Part shown: piece by piece, positions 13,061-25,100 of the stretch
How the letters are laid out: each line of letters begins with the position of its first letter
Position numbering within the stretch: position 1 is the stretch's first letter
Source: Hydrurus foetidus
Lineage: Eukaryota
NCBI GenBank assembly: GCA_900617105.1
Contig: UYFQ01000106.1
Span: 1 to 33,267, forward strand
DNA: 33,267 nt
Direction: 5' to 3'
Program-made: the position numbers and the translations under genes
The notes under the pieces: model-generated
Databases searched by the model: none
The model's input: the letters and a program-made list of their open reading frames with translations, nothing else
Told to the model about the DNA's origin: nothing

Positions 13061-15453
13061 TATTACACATAACATTTTTTCGTTGTAGATAATCTGCGCT
13101 GCATTCTTGTAGCTGTTGTGTAGCTTGTATTATGCCGCTGTCATTATGTTGAAGACGAAGGGTATTTATTGCTGCTGTTGTTTCCGTCAAATTTGTTCCT
13201 AGATCATTAGTGATCTTAAGTTGTCTTGATGTCATGAGAGTCAGCGAATAGATCGTAGAATGGACCGATGAGATCAACTAAGCCAATGATGATATCGTGA
13301 CTTGATTCTTCAAGGACACTATATCAGAGGAGATGTTGGTGATTGTTGTTGGAGGAGTCTAGGATGCCGACAGTAAGAGAAGTTGAATTGATAAGAAGCG
13401 AGCATCGCCTAAGCGGACAATTCTATCGATCGGACGGCTAAGGTCGGTGACACTTGGAGGTAAAGTGTCGTATACTTGTCTCGAAATGAAATTGCTCCCC
13501 TGTGCGCCGGTGTCGAGTAAACCACGACTGAAGAGCACAAGCCCTTTGTCAGTTACAATGGTGCCCGAACGAATGAAAGGTTGACACAGTGTTTGCGATG
13601 TAGTAGACGTGGTAGATGCCAGTTGGTTGAGCAATGCCTGTGTCAGAATCTTATCTGGATCAAAAACTGTTGGATGTGTATAGTCGTTGGAGGAGGCGAG
13701 GTGATCTTCTACATGCATTTCGGCAAAGGAAGGCCTCGCAAAATCCTACTTTTGATATTGACGAGTCGAATTTGACGAGATAGTAGGCTTTGTGGATCCA
13801 TGGAGATGCATAGAGCTGCTTGTCTTAAATCCATTTGAGTGACTTGTTTTGAAGATACTTGTCTGTTCTTGTTTTGGTGAAGACCATGGCTCGAGCTGTC
13901 CATGTTGTTGGAGTTCGCGTTTGGCAAGGAGTATGAATGATTGAATGCAGCGTTCTTGACCTGCGGCTGAATGGTCGAAGGTGCAACCAGAATTCTGGCG
14001 TGTGTATTTACCGTATACGAATGCCTCGCTGCAATATTCACGAAATGTAGCAGAAACAGCTGCACGTGAACGATGCTGATTTGTACTGATTGCAAGTAGG
14101 AAATCGTCACCAGTGGTTACTCTGTTGGAGTCATTGGGGAATTCCTGATCTTCTGTCATGTTTGTAGGCGCAGAGTCATTTTCTATGTCCTCATCAGTAT
14201 TTGTATTGTCGCTAGTGATAGATGTTTGTTGGGTAGAGAGCTCCAGTGACGAGGTGGACTGCTGACGTTGATCATTTTTTCGCGGAGTGGTAAAAGGTGG
14301 ACGACTTGGTGTTGAAATCTGATGGCGCGTGTGAGATTCGCCTTGAGTATAATGTAAATCTTCATAGCGTATGGGAGTGAGTTTTGCATCAAAGTCTTGA
14401 CGAGCCTCGCTTTGGGCGCGGCCTTCCGATAACCTACTTCTGATAAACTTGACTGATGCTTCTAAAGTCTTGTGCTTGACTAGTTCATCCTTACTAAGCC
14501 ATTGAAGGATTGATTCTTTTTGTGTACCCAAGGAGATGAGTCATAAAGCGATTTGGCCTGGGCTGTCTCGAGTTCCATAGCCAGCGACAGGTATCTTTGA
14601 CTTGTTGGTGCTATGGTTGGAAGTTTCCTCGGACATAAGATCGTGAAGATGATGTAAGTCGGTGAGCGACTTCATTAGTGGAGCGTAAAATGTGCTTGAG
14701 AAATTGTCGGTGCTAATGGAGGGGGTCTGAGGGATTCCCTTGCCGAGGAATAAGATAAGCTCCTTGGAATAAAGTTCTTTTGTGCGTGGTCTTGCAGCCT
14801 CCACCAGTATAGCTTGAACTTCTGAATTTGAAAGGGATAACCAATCTTCGACCATAACTTCATTGGATTCAAGGCCGGTAATAAGAGATTCTCGATAACG
14901 ATGGGAGTTCCATGAAGCTACGACATGTGGACGGAGATTATAGGAAACCATGTGGGCCATTTTAATTTCGCGACCGGGGTATTTGGAAGACAACAATTGA
15001 AGTTGTCGAGCCAAAAACTGAAGTCCTTCGAGAGAACTGACTTTGAGTTCTTTGTCGTAAACAATATCGGCTTGAAGCACTTGTATGTTTGATCGAAGTG
15101 GCGTGTCGATGAGAAGCGTATCTGAGATCTGTGGAGTTGATGAATTCTGAGAAATTCCGAAGAACATTGAAGATCTTCTGCTGCCCCGAGTCCTAACAGG
15201 AAGAGGAGTGTCCATGCTTTCATTACCGAGGAGATTGAGGGCTAGATCGGGTGATTGCCTTGATTGCGTCCTTCAGTTCGTTAATATCGGTGCGGTTGTT
15301 AGCTTGAATTTCTTTGCTTGAAACTAGGAATTGGGCGAACATGTTCTTGAGCTCAAAAATGGCATTTTCTGTCTGATCTTCTTTCAAGCCGACGACTTTC
15401 TTCGGATCTTCTTTCTTCGGAGGTTGAATCTGGCCTTTCGTTCCTTCCGACAT
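13061..15453 (-). pseudogene. gag: Gypsy-1 gag-protease portion (stops and frameshifts)
   Basis: Consecutive ORF fragments 15453-15223, 15215-14541, 14531-13746, 13718-13359 (aspartic protease LLDTGAQGSNFIS) and 13277-13061. Confidence 0.8.
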
Positions 15454-15969
15454 GATTGATGACAGAAAGGAAAATTGTAGACTTGTTCGTTTCCTTGCGG
15501 ACTTATAAGATTGAAACTGGACTAACCTCAGTGACTCAAGAATCCCTCTGAGCCAGAGCGTTCACTGCTTTCTGGCGGATGAGACACAAATCACTGAAGG
15601 GAGTCAATTCAATAAAAGTTGTCTCGTGTTTACTGCTGGATCACATTTATGCTGGATCACGGCTTCGACGAACTGGTCGAAGATGAAACGTTGATTGTCC
15701 CGTTGGGCAGTTTGGCGCAACTGGAGATCGTGTCAGACGAATTGGACTGAGCAAGCGATTTGGCTGACTCAAAGGAGTCGAAGTCGATTTGGGTTTTGAG
15801 TAACGGTAGTTAATAAAATGTGAAAGGAGTGTGAGAATAGCTACGATGGAGTGTGTCTCGAGTTGAAGTTGTCGAACAATCAGAAATCAAAAACTGGTCT
15901 GAAAAACTACGAGTGACGTGGATTGTGTATGTACATACGTGTGAACAATGCGTGGTAACGAATGTAACA

Positions 15970-16730
15970 CCTGGGCCTCCCTCACCAATGACGAAGTCAC
16001 CTCCTCCACTGTCTTCCAGGGTATCTGCCGACAATGCTCCACGTATATTCTTCAGTACTACACTGTGGTCCACCACCGCATTCATCAGCAGCCCCTCTCA
16101 GCAAATGACTTCATCATCTATGTGAACCGTCCCGCCTTGCCTGGATCCCCTACACCGGCGCCCCGTATCTACCTCGCTATTTTCGGCTGGGTATCCCCAA
16201 CCACCCTCAGCAACTGCCGCGCTGATGTCAGAGACGGATACTCTCGGTATATGAACCTCATCCACAAGATTGCTCGCAACCTGCTGCTCGCCAACACTGA
16301 GCCGCCGACTCCACCCAATCTTGAGTATGACCCAGGGCACTACCGCACCTTCAATCCAACCTTGATTGAAGACATCACCACCTATCAGTCCACAGTCGGG
16401 AACATTTTCTTTTACTTCCTCGTCCACACTGCTCTGTACCTCGACGACCAGATCAGTCCAGACCACATGGCCATATTTGAAAGTGTCCTCATCTACGACT
16501 GTGCCTCCTGGGTCGCAGCACAGCTTGCCCGATATGCCAATGCACCCGGCAACTCCTGGCACAACATTCCCACCCTTCGCATACTCATGCTCACGGAAGT
16601 TGATGCACACGTTGACGGTCTTATGACACGAACTGGATCGAACGAGTCATTCATCCAAGCCATTCGAGTCGTAATCCAGCATGTCCTACCCGATGCATTT
16701 CACCCGATGCGTCGGACCCGATCCTGTTGA
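15970..16730 (+). CDS. Unknown ~250-aa ORF upstream of the Copia polyprotein, probably 5'-truncated by Gypsy-1
   Basis: Uninterrupted frame (track ORF 15948-16730) with the same C-rich composition as the downstream Copia ORFs; no recognised motif. Confidence 0.5.
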
Positions 16731-16884
16731 GCCCACCGAGTCACACTACCGCACAGTATCTCTCGCCAGGGACCTCGCAGCATCTACAGCCCCACAGAAC
16801 ATACGTAAACGATACACTTTGTGGAACTACGAGAGCGATTCAGAGTCCTCTGTCGAAGACTCCATCTGTTTCCTCCCGTACAAC

Positions 16885-19393
16885 ATGTCCTGTCCAACTC
16901 ATAACATTAGTGGCCCTCGATGCGCCCTCTCATATGTTAACTACTTCCATGGAGCCGTAACAAGTCTCATGGTCCCTCCATCCGACACATCTCCATGGGT
17001 ACCACCGGACGCATCGATGGAACTTCAGCGGTACAACGCCAGGAAGCGCGGCATCGCATTTCAAAACGACCAGGCTCAAGGGGACACTAAGCGTCAAGAC
17101 ACCTCCTCGTCCTCGTCAGCATCCTCTTCCGGCTCACCGTCAACATCGATTCACCCTACGCTTCCGGAGTTCAATACACCGCTACCACCTGTTCCATCGA
17201 CACTCTCTGACCCACTTACCGGGTCACTCAAACGTTGGCAAGCCTCGCAACCACTTGCATGTGGACAACACGTGGACATCAGGATGCTTCGACCATTCTG
17301 GGCACCCTGCTATGTCAAGCACGCACCCAAAGATCAGAAAAGTAAAGTTGGGTCACCTCGTGCATACCGTGCTCGGTTCGTTGGTTATAGTTTTACATCT
17401 ATACTAATACCACAATATTTAGTATTAGAAATACTACCCAAGAACACCTACGGTACTGTTCGAGTCAGTAAGGATGTCATCTTCGACATGCACAACAACT
17501 TCAAGCATGACTCAGATGCACACTTCCCTACCGACGAGGCCTTCGCCCTCATCCCGTCCCTCTACTATACTGATAATAATAATGACCCTATTGTGGTGCC
17601 TGAGCGAGTCGACCTACCCGGCCTCCCCTCACCTGCACCCCTTATCGACCCCGACTATATAACCCCTGTCCCTGAGACAGAGCACTCAGTCAACGATGAC
17701 ATGATATACTGGTCCACCTACACCAGTTCTTCCACATGCTTCCCTGTTCACCTCTTCCGTGTCCTGCACTACAACATAGCAGTCCAAATCAAGGATCCCT
17801 ACATCCCCAAAGACTTCTGGACCGCAATGCAGTACCCAGACTGGGAACAGGCCATCAACACTGAGCGAACTAAGTTTGAAGTCAACAACTGCTTCCGGTC
17901 TGTCCCCTTCACCGGCCAGCACCTCGTCCCAATGATGTGGCTCTTAAGTATCAAGACTGACGGCACCAAAAATGGCCCGCCTCGTAGGTCGTGATGATCT
18001 CATGATATCCTGGGTCGATTTCGACCCCTACGCAGTATACTGCGGTAATGTCAATGCATCTTCGATCAAGATTGCACTCGTCATAGCCGCAACCTACAAA
18101 TTATCCATGCGGGGAGGAGATTTAGTAGGCGCCTACTTAATCACACTCGCTAACCCCGACTTTCCCGTTCACATCAAGACACCTCAAGGTTACACCACAC
18201 CTTTTGGCACATGCTTTCAAGCCATTGGCAACCTATACGGTTTTCCACCAGCTGGCCAGAATTTCTCAAAGGAATTCGACAAATGTGTACGCGAATGTGG
18301 ATACGAAAACACACCGTGGGACTTAAAGTTCTTCTTTAAGTGGGTCCAAGGTCAACCCCTGATACTGATCGCACACTCAGACGACTTCAGGTGGTTCGGA
18401 CCACTTGCACTCATTAGCGAATGGGATCTCCTCATCTCTACATTCAACTCCCACAAATATGAAGTCACCGACGCGACCTCCAAAGAGTTCGTCGGCATCC
18501 GCATTACATGCGATGAAAACTTCAACTATTACATGGATCAGTCACGCATGATCACATCCATCGTATCGGAGGCCAACCTTGCTGGCGCCGCCGATGAGCA
18601 TCTACCATATCCACCTTCTGGTGAGAGTCTGTCCAAGGCGGACAACTCTACCGATCTCGATAGGCACATGTATAATAAGTATCCCTACCGACGGGTAGTT
18701 GGTCAGCTTATGTACGGTATGGTACACACATTGATTACAATCATGTACGCTCTCAACATACTATCCAGATATAGTAACAGTCCAGGTGCGAGACACATCA
18801 AGTTCCTTAAGCACTTACTTCGATATGTCAAGTACGCCAAGATGGATAGACTGCAATTCACCACACACGACGGTCCCACCGACATCGCTACGATGACCAG
18901 TCTACTGCAGCTAACGTTCCAATGCGACGCCGACCTCGCCGGTAACAAAGACAACCGTCACTCCCAGACCTCCTACATTGGCTACCTCGCCGACAATGTC
19001 ATCTGCTGGAAGAGTACCGACCAGGGCAGCATCTCATCATCAACTGCAGAATCCGAAATCAAGGCCGTTAATCACGCACTTGAATCCGATGTCATTCCCC
19101 TCCGGGGCATACTAAACCACATGGGATGGACACAAGCTCCTACAGTCATAGAAGAAGACAATTCTGCTTGTGTTGATGCTTCAAATCATACACACATGAC
19201 CAAGAACCTTCGTCACATTGACCTGAGCGAAAACTACTTTAAGGACAAAGTCGCCGATGGTACCTGTGTCATTGTTAAAATCCCTTCGGGCGAAAACAAC
19301 TCAGACATAGGTACGAAAAGAGTTCCACTACCACTTTTCGAATACCTAACGCACAGGCTCGTTGACAAGTCTTTACGAACTAATATTAAATAA
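16885..19393 (+). pseudogene. pol: Copia polyprotein remnant (N-terminal stub fused to post-IN region, RT, RNase H)
   Basis: Candidate ATG at 16885 (CAACATGTCC). No zinc knuckle, protease or IN core precedes ACGQHVDIRMLRPFW (~17257). A 1-nt frameshift at ~17970 (expected GTKKARLVGR) joins ORF 17972-19393. Confidence 0.82.
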
Positions 19394-19600
19394 CATAAAT
19401 ACTTAATATCCATATTTCTAACATACGTACTAATTTTACTATCTTATATGAGTGCACGCATATATTATAACTAACTTTTTACACTTTTTGCCAAATCTCT
19501 CGTACGGGGAGTACATCCTCAGTACGGGGAGTATATATACACATATCATTCGTTTCGATACTCTCAATAACACGATCAGCTACATCTTCACTACGGGGAG

Positions 19601-19825
19601 TGTCAGTCCAGCATATTCATGCATGATCTGTTAGCATAGTTTCATCTGTGGATTAGCATTCACATGTCACAAGTAGTGTAGCGCTTCCTCACCCAAAACA
19701 CCGCCATACACTGTTGTGTACATACACTCATCGTTCTTCTAGCGATATCCCCCTTCGGGGCCATCACCAAGCATCCGGTTTTTCACCACCAAGCATCCGG
19801 ATTTCCACCAGGTATCCGGTTTCCA
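19601..19825 (+). repeat. Copia 3' LTR (225 bp) preceded by a PPT
   Basis: TACGGGGAG immediately precedes TGTCAG at 19601. The segment ends TTTCCA at 19825 after three CACCA(A/G)G(C/T)ATCCGG repeats, and unrelated coding sequence follows. Confidence 0.72.
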
Positions 19826-21265
19826 TTGTTGGCATTGTGGATTGAGTTTCTAATCGATGGTCAAATGCCGAGTGGAATGAATGAATATAATGCTTTACAG
19901 CATGTCTTGAAGAGAGCGCGTGCTCTGACCTCCAATGAGGTGGTGGAAGACGATGTCAATGACGAGGATCTAGACGATCAAGGCGATCAAGGGGCGTCAG
20001 GTAAAAACTTCTTCATTAGTGAATTTTGTATGCATTTCAACATTTTATTTGACATATGGATGTTTTCGCAAAGTCCGTTGATGTTATTATATTTTCAAAT
20101 CAAGTCAATTTACAGGGGAAACGCTGGCAAAATTTAATTCATGCTATACCTTACTTTTATAGATGACGACGAGAATGACAATGAGTCTGATGACGAGGAT
20201 GAAGATGTGAAGGGAAAGAAAGTGGTTAAAAAAGAGATTTCACAATCTTTAAACAACTTCTATCCAGCGTGTACCTTATTCTTCATCCTCTACGGCCCTT
20301 ATGGAGTTCTGGCAGACAATTTCGATATCACTCCATGCCTCTCTATCGACTCTAAGGGAATAGATGAGCAAGCAAAACGATACAAGAACATGAACTGTGC
20401 CAACAACGCATCAACCAAGATCAAAATGAACAATCAGGACAGGGATACAGAACCCGGAAGAGGCATGTCAGCCCATCACATTGAGAAATTTGGTATTGCC
20501 CGTGAGGAGACAAGTGTGATAAAGGATCAATTTTACCGCAAGAATCTTATGGAGAGTTTCTCTGTGGAGAAAGAAATGGCGGGCCGTTGCATTAATACCC
20601 AGGAAGAAACAGATCATTGGTATCGTATCATGGATGAGTATGCTCGAGAAATTTCACCCATCCTATTGCTACCTAAAACTGTTATCCCACCATCCAAGCT
20701 ACCATCAGTCCGAACGACCCCGGCTCCTGAAACAATCCCTCAGAAGAAGACAACCACTGCCGCAAAGCTTAATTCCGTGGTCAAGAAACTATACGTTTCA
20801 AAGGACTTGGAAACCATACCTGATAATATTGTTATTCTAACCCAGGACTCTGAGTACTATGATCCTAATGACTTTATCGTAGAGGAACCGGAACGAGAGA
20901 AAATGATTCCTATAACTGTGAGTAGAGAGAGAATGTTGAAGGAGATGAGGGAGAAGGAACAGAGAGAGGAAGAAGACAGACTAAACAAAGACGAAGAAGA
21001 AGACACAGAGGGGGAACTAGAGTTCATACAGCCATATCCCAATACTATCAAAACCATGAATCCTTATTCACCAAGAGATTCCTTGACCATAAGTGAGAGA
21101 GAGCAACGGGATCGTGAAGACGAGGAATACCTGGCACAAGAGCGTATCAGGAGAGACATGGCGAACAACATTGCATGTGCGAAACATTACGGCACTACCA
21201 GTTCCACGATCTCAAAAGTGAAGACAAGAGGCGTAACAAGAAGTTCAATTTCTAAGATGGTTTAA
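19826..21265 (+). CDS. Harbinger accessory protein, copy A (5'-truncated; intron 20001-20162)
   Basis: Exon 19826-20000 (WIEFLIDGQMPSG) splices in frame through GT..AG to ORF 20141-21265 (NNFYPACTLFFILYGPYG, CLSIDSKGIDEQAKR). Clearly homologous to the minus-strand gene at 32216-33205. Confidence 0.75.
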
Positions 21266-21301
21266 TATACTTTATTTACAATTCAATGATATTTTATTAA
21301 T

Positions 21302-21705
21302 TTACGCTTTCATTTTGCCTGTTCTTGAAGGCAATACTATATCTTTAATTGCCTACCTCCTATGAAAACTAGTTACTATTTTGTCTCTAAAATCTCTATT
21401 TTTCATTCTTAATATTTTATAAGTATTTTCTCCTTCACTATTTTTTAAGTTTTTTATTTCTTCTTCTCGGTTGTCTAAATGAGTATTACATAAATCATTA
21501 CCTCGGGCAAATTGTGAAGTTCATAAGTCCATATCACTCTACGATGCCACATTACGGCATGCCACCCTTTCACCTTCAAAAGGACTTCTGGTCAATCCAT
21601 CAACATTTAGTAACATGTTGTGTATGGCACAGCAAGTAAACCAAATGTTATCAGCAGCTTCGATCCCATGAACTCTGATTCCTGATTTTAAAATTTTCCA
21701 TCTCC
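21302..21705 (-). pseudogene. Harbinger transposase copy A, exon 2 (degraded)
   Basis: Minus strand reads ag|GG AGA TGG AAA ATT TTA AAA..., i.e. GRWKILKSGIRVHGIEAADNIWFTCCAIHNMLL...PSRTGKMKA*, matching copy B exon 2 with deletions and stops. Confidence 0.85.
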
Positions 21706-21723
21706 CTATAAATATAGTGATTA

Positions 21724-21940
21724 TGTGGCCTTGCTAGGTCTCAGGGCAACGGGAGCGGAGGTCTGAGGGCGCGTGGACAAAGGGAAGATGCTGTGGGGCT
21801 AAAGCTATGATAGCAATGTGGTTAGCTTACAGGTAAACACAGCAGATATCATGGCAATGAATCGTGTGGATCGGATCGTCCTCGATCCGAACCGGACGTA
21901 CGCCTGTACCCGTACAGCCCGTACGGGTGTTCGGGTCACA
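21724..21940 (-). repeat. Gypsy-2 3' LTR
   Basis: TGTGGCC...GGTCACA, direct repeat of 28845-29061, adjacent to the PPT. Confidence 0.97.
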
Positions 21941-22151
21941 GTGCCCCTCTCTCTCTCAAGGGGTGTACTAACTAACAAAATTCATCATCAAAATACTAAC
22001 TATGAGTAACTAACTAACTAATTGAATAACTATTTTAGACTAAGAACTGAAAGTTCCTTACTGAATAAACCTCCCTAAAATCCTTGAGGATCCAATTTAG
22101 GAGGAATCTTTATGATTTAGTTAATCAATTTTATTTTTTTATTTTTACCGG

Positions 22152-25100
22152 TTAACGGTAGTTCGCGATGAATTCGCGTGGTATCAAGTGTTTGAGGTTC
22201 TTTTTAATTAAGAACTCATGTACTTTTTGCGATTTACGCATGTGTGTCCATGGTTCCCATGTGTTGTGTTCATGAGTATAGTTGAGCCACTTTACATGAA
22301 ATGTGAGCGATTTGTATGCTCTTATGTTTCCTTTCATGTCGAGGATATCTTCTATGAAGAATTCCAGATAATCTCTACGAGCAATGTCAGTTGGATCGAC
22401 ATGTGTAGGATCAAAGTGAAACGGTTTTAGTTGAGTCATGTGGTACAACTTTTCTTTGTGTGTTACCAGATCGAGTAATGTATACTCTGCGAAGTTATGA
22501 CTTATAACTCGCATTGGGCCGCGCCACAGTGTGTGCATGCGTGTTTCTGGTGTTGTTCTTTGTTGCACGAGCACAAATGTGTCGACTCCGAACTGTGTGA
22601 CGTTGGGAGGTTGTTGTGCATTGTGCAAGTCGTCGGATTGTTTTAGTAGACGTGCGGTGATTTCGATGAGTTCATCTTGCAACGTTAACATTTTATCAGT
22701 TGACCGTGTGAGTGAGTCGAAATCTAAATCAATTTCATCTCTCGGAAGGAGGATGTTCGCGTCGAGGTCGATCGCGTTGCCGTAGATGAGTTGTGCTGGA
22801 GACACTTTCATCCGGTCATTTACGGTTGAATTTAGTATTCTTTGTACAAACGGTAATATTTCCGCGTAGTTTTCCGTAGTTGCCCGTTCGTATGCGTACG
22901 CGGTTATGTGGCGATTGATTTCTTTGTTGATACGTTCGACAATAGCGTTTTCTTCTGAACAGTATGGTAATATTTTGTTGTGTGTTGTTCCAACTATTTT
23001 CACAAACTCATCTATGATGTGGCTTGCGAAGTGGGGTCCATTATCTGATCGAAGTATACACGGTGAGCCGTATCGCCCCACGTGTTCTACGAGTGCTGTG
23101 CACGCTGATTTAGCTGTTGCATCAGGTGTAGCGTAGAGTTCGACAAACCTTGAGAAGGTGTCGATCATAACAAGGATATATCCTTTATCGGGAAATGGGC
23201 CAATGAAGTCGATGTTGAGACATTCCATTGGTTTTAAAGTCGACGTTGTGTATCTGTAGGCGTTGATTGGATATTTCATCGCCGACATCTTTTGGCAACA
23301 AGGACAATTCTTAATGAACGTTTTTACTGCGTCACGCATTCCCAGCCATATGTTTTTTGTTTTCTTTAAATTACGCAGTGTGCGTTGTACACCACCATGT
23401 CCGACTATTGTGTTGTGGCACGTTGCAATGAGGTTATATTGCTCTGTCGTTATTGGTTTGTGTGTCAGAATTGCTGCTATTATTCCTGTTTTAGGAGGCA
23501 TTCTGTTTTTACATAGGCGAGACATTGCGTCAGCAATTTCATTTTGTTTCCCTGGGATGTACCCTATCGTATATTCTAGTTCCTGCAGGGCCATACGCCA
23601 TCTGCCCACCATCTCGTTTTTATCCTTTTCTAGGAACGTAAGATTTTTGTGGTCTGTTAGGATTGTGAATTTACGATCTCGCAGCAGTGCGTCGAGATAA
23701 GTACAGCAATAATATAGCGCGAAGGCTTCTTTTTGTATTACTGACCATTTCAGTTGAGTCTTGGTAAGAGACTTGCTTACGAGAGCGACGAGTTGTTTTT
23801 CTCCGTCGACTTCTTGATACAAATAGCCGCCTATACCGTAATCCGACGCATCGGTCATAAGGGTTATGGGCGCTGTATCGTGTATGAAATATAATAAAGG
23901 ACTCTTTGCAATTAGATCTTTTATCTTTTGAAAAGAATTTGCGGCGTCATCTGTCCAGATTAGCATTGATTGCTTTTTCGCGGCGTGATCTATAATTTTA
24001 TGCAGTGGTGCTACCACGTTGGAGTGATTTGGTACATGATCCCGAAAATAATTGGTGAGTCCGAGAAACGATCTTAGTTCGGTCGTCTTTCTTGGCATAG
24101 GAAAGTCGGTCACACCTCTTATTTTTTTGGAACTCATAGTTATACCTTCTTTAGATATTTGTTTACCAACATATTCAACTATTTGCACATTTAGCTTGAG
24201 CTTTGCGGCTTTTAGTGAAATGTTTTTTTTTGAGACGTTGAAATAGAATTTCTAATCGTTCGCAGAATTGTTCAAATCCATTACCATAAACGATGATATC
24301 GTCGAGGTATACTTCACAGATTTGGTATATTAGTCCCAAAAGGACTATTGAGGCCATCATTTCTTGGAAATATGAGGGGGCCCTCTTTGGTCCGAAAGGT
24401 AGTCGGGTAAAGTGGTAAATGCCCATAAATGTTATGAAAGCGGTATACACACGTGTGCTTAGCGTTAACGGTGCTTGGTGATATCCTGCAGTGAGGTCTA
24501 TTACACCGAATGTGTCTGCTTTTTGTGAACCTAATCTTGCTAACATTTGTTTGATATTAGGGATTGGCCAGCTTGCTGATTCCGTTGCGTCGTTGAGGTG
24601 ACGATAGTCAATACAGAATCGGTATGAACCGTCTGGCTTTGCCGCAAGTGTTACTTGCGAATAGTATGATGCCTCTGATTTGACTATTATACCCTGTTCA
24701 AGCATAGTTTCAACTTGTTTGCGGATTTCGACCTGTTTTCGTGTAGACGTTGGTCGTGGTGCTACGCGGTTTTTGAAAACTTTCCACTCTGGATCCCGTA
24801 CGGGTAGTCCAAAGGGAGGAATTCGCGCGGGCTCTGGTCCGAGTTTGTTGTTGAATAGCTTTATGTGTTTGACACAAATTGCTTTAATTTTTGCTTGTTG
24901 TTCAGGGGTACCATCGATTTGTATTAAATCGATGAGGTACATTTTGTCCTCTGTTGGATTGTCTTGGAAAGGAGCGAAGGTATCCTTCGACTTGTAGTCA
25001 ATCTCTTCGGGTCCGAAGGGTTGAACCTCTGGGAGTTCTTCACGCTCCCGGAGTAGAGCAGCAACTAAACCACGTGTTTGGGCTGGTGCCTTGGATGAGG

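Larger units (their letters stand above)
8029..15969 (-). mobile_element. Gypsy-1: degenerate Ty3/Gypsy LTR retrotransposon with chromodomain; 3' LTR missing
   Basis: Minus-strand order is gag, PR (LLDTGA), RT, RNase H (IIRSDSS...ETDHRNL), IN (H..HHG..CPTCQ; IGID, YSDPG, NGTE), chromodomain (EFIVDSVITH...IRWFNY..YDSWEPW). The right boundary is tentative, placed where the minus strand begins TGTTACA (15969). There is no second LTR copy to confirm it. Confidence 0.9.
15970..19825 (+). mobile_element. Ty1/Copia LTR retrotransposon, 5'-truncated and internally deleted
   Basis: Post-integrase SH3-like region (LRPFWAPCYV...ARFVGYS...VSKDVIFD), then RT (ARLVGR, GNLYGFPPAG, HSDD) and RNase H (CDADLAG, STAESE, EDNSAC, NSDIGTK) in Copia order. 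PPT and a TG..CA-bounded 3' LTR are present. No 5' LTR copy is found; the left boundary is tentative. Confidence 0.88.

Noticed and set aside
15454..15969. Exact 5' LTR and PBS of Gypsy-1
   Set aside because: TGTTACA at 15969 is a plausible start, but with no second LTR copy the inner boundary and PBS cannot be fixed.
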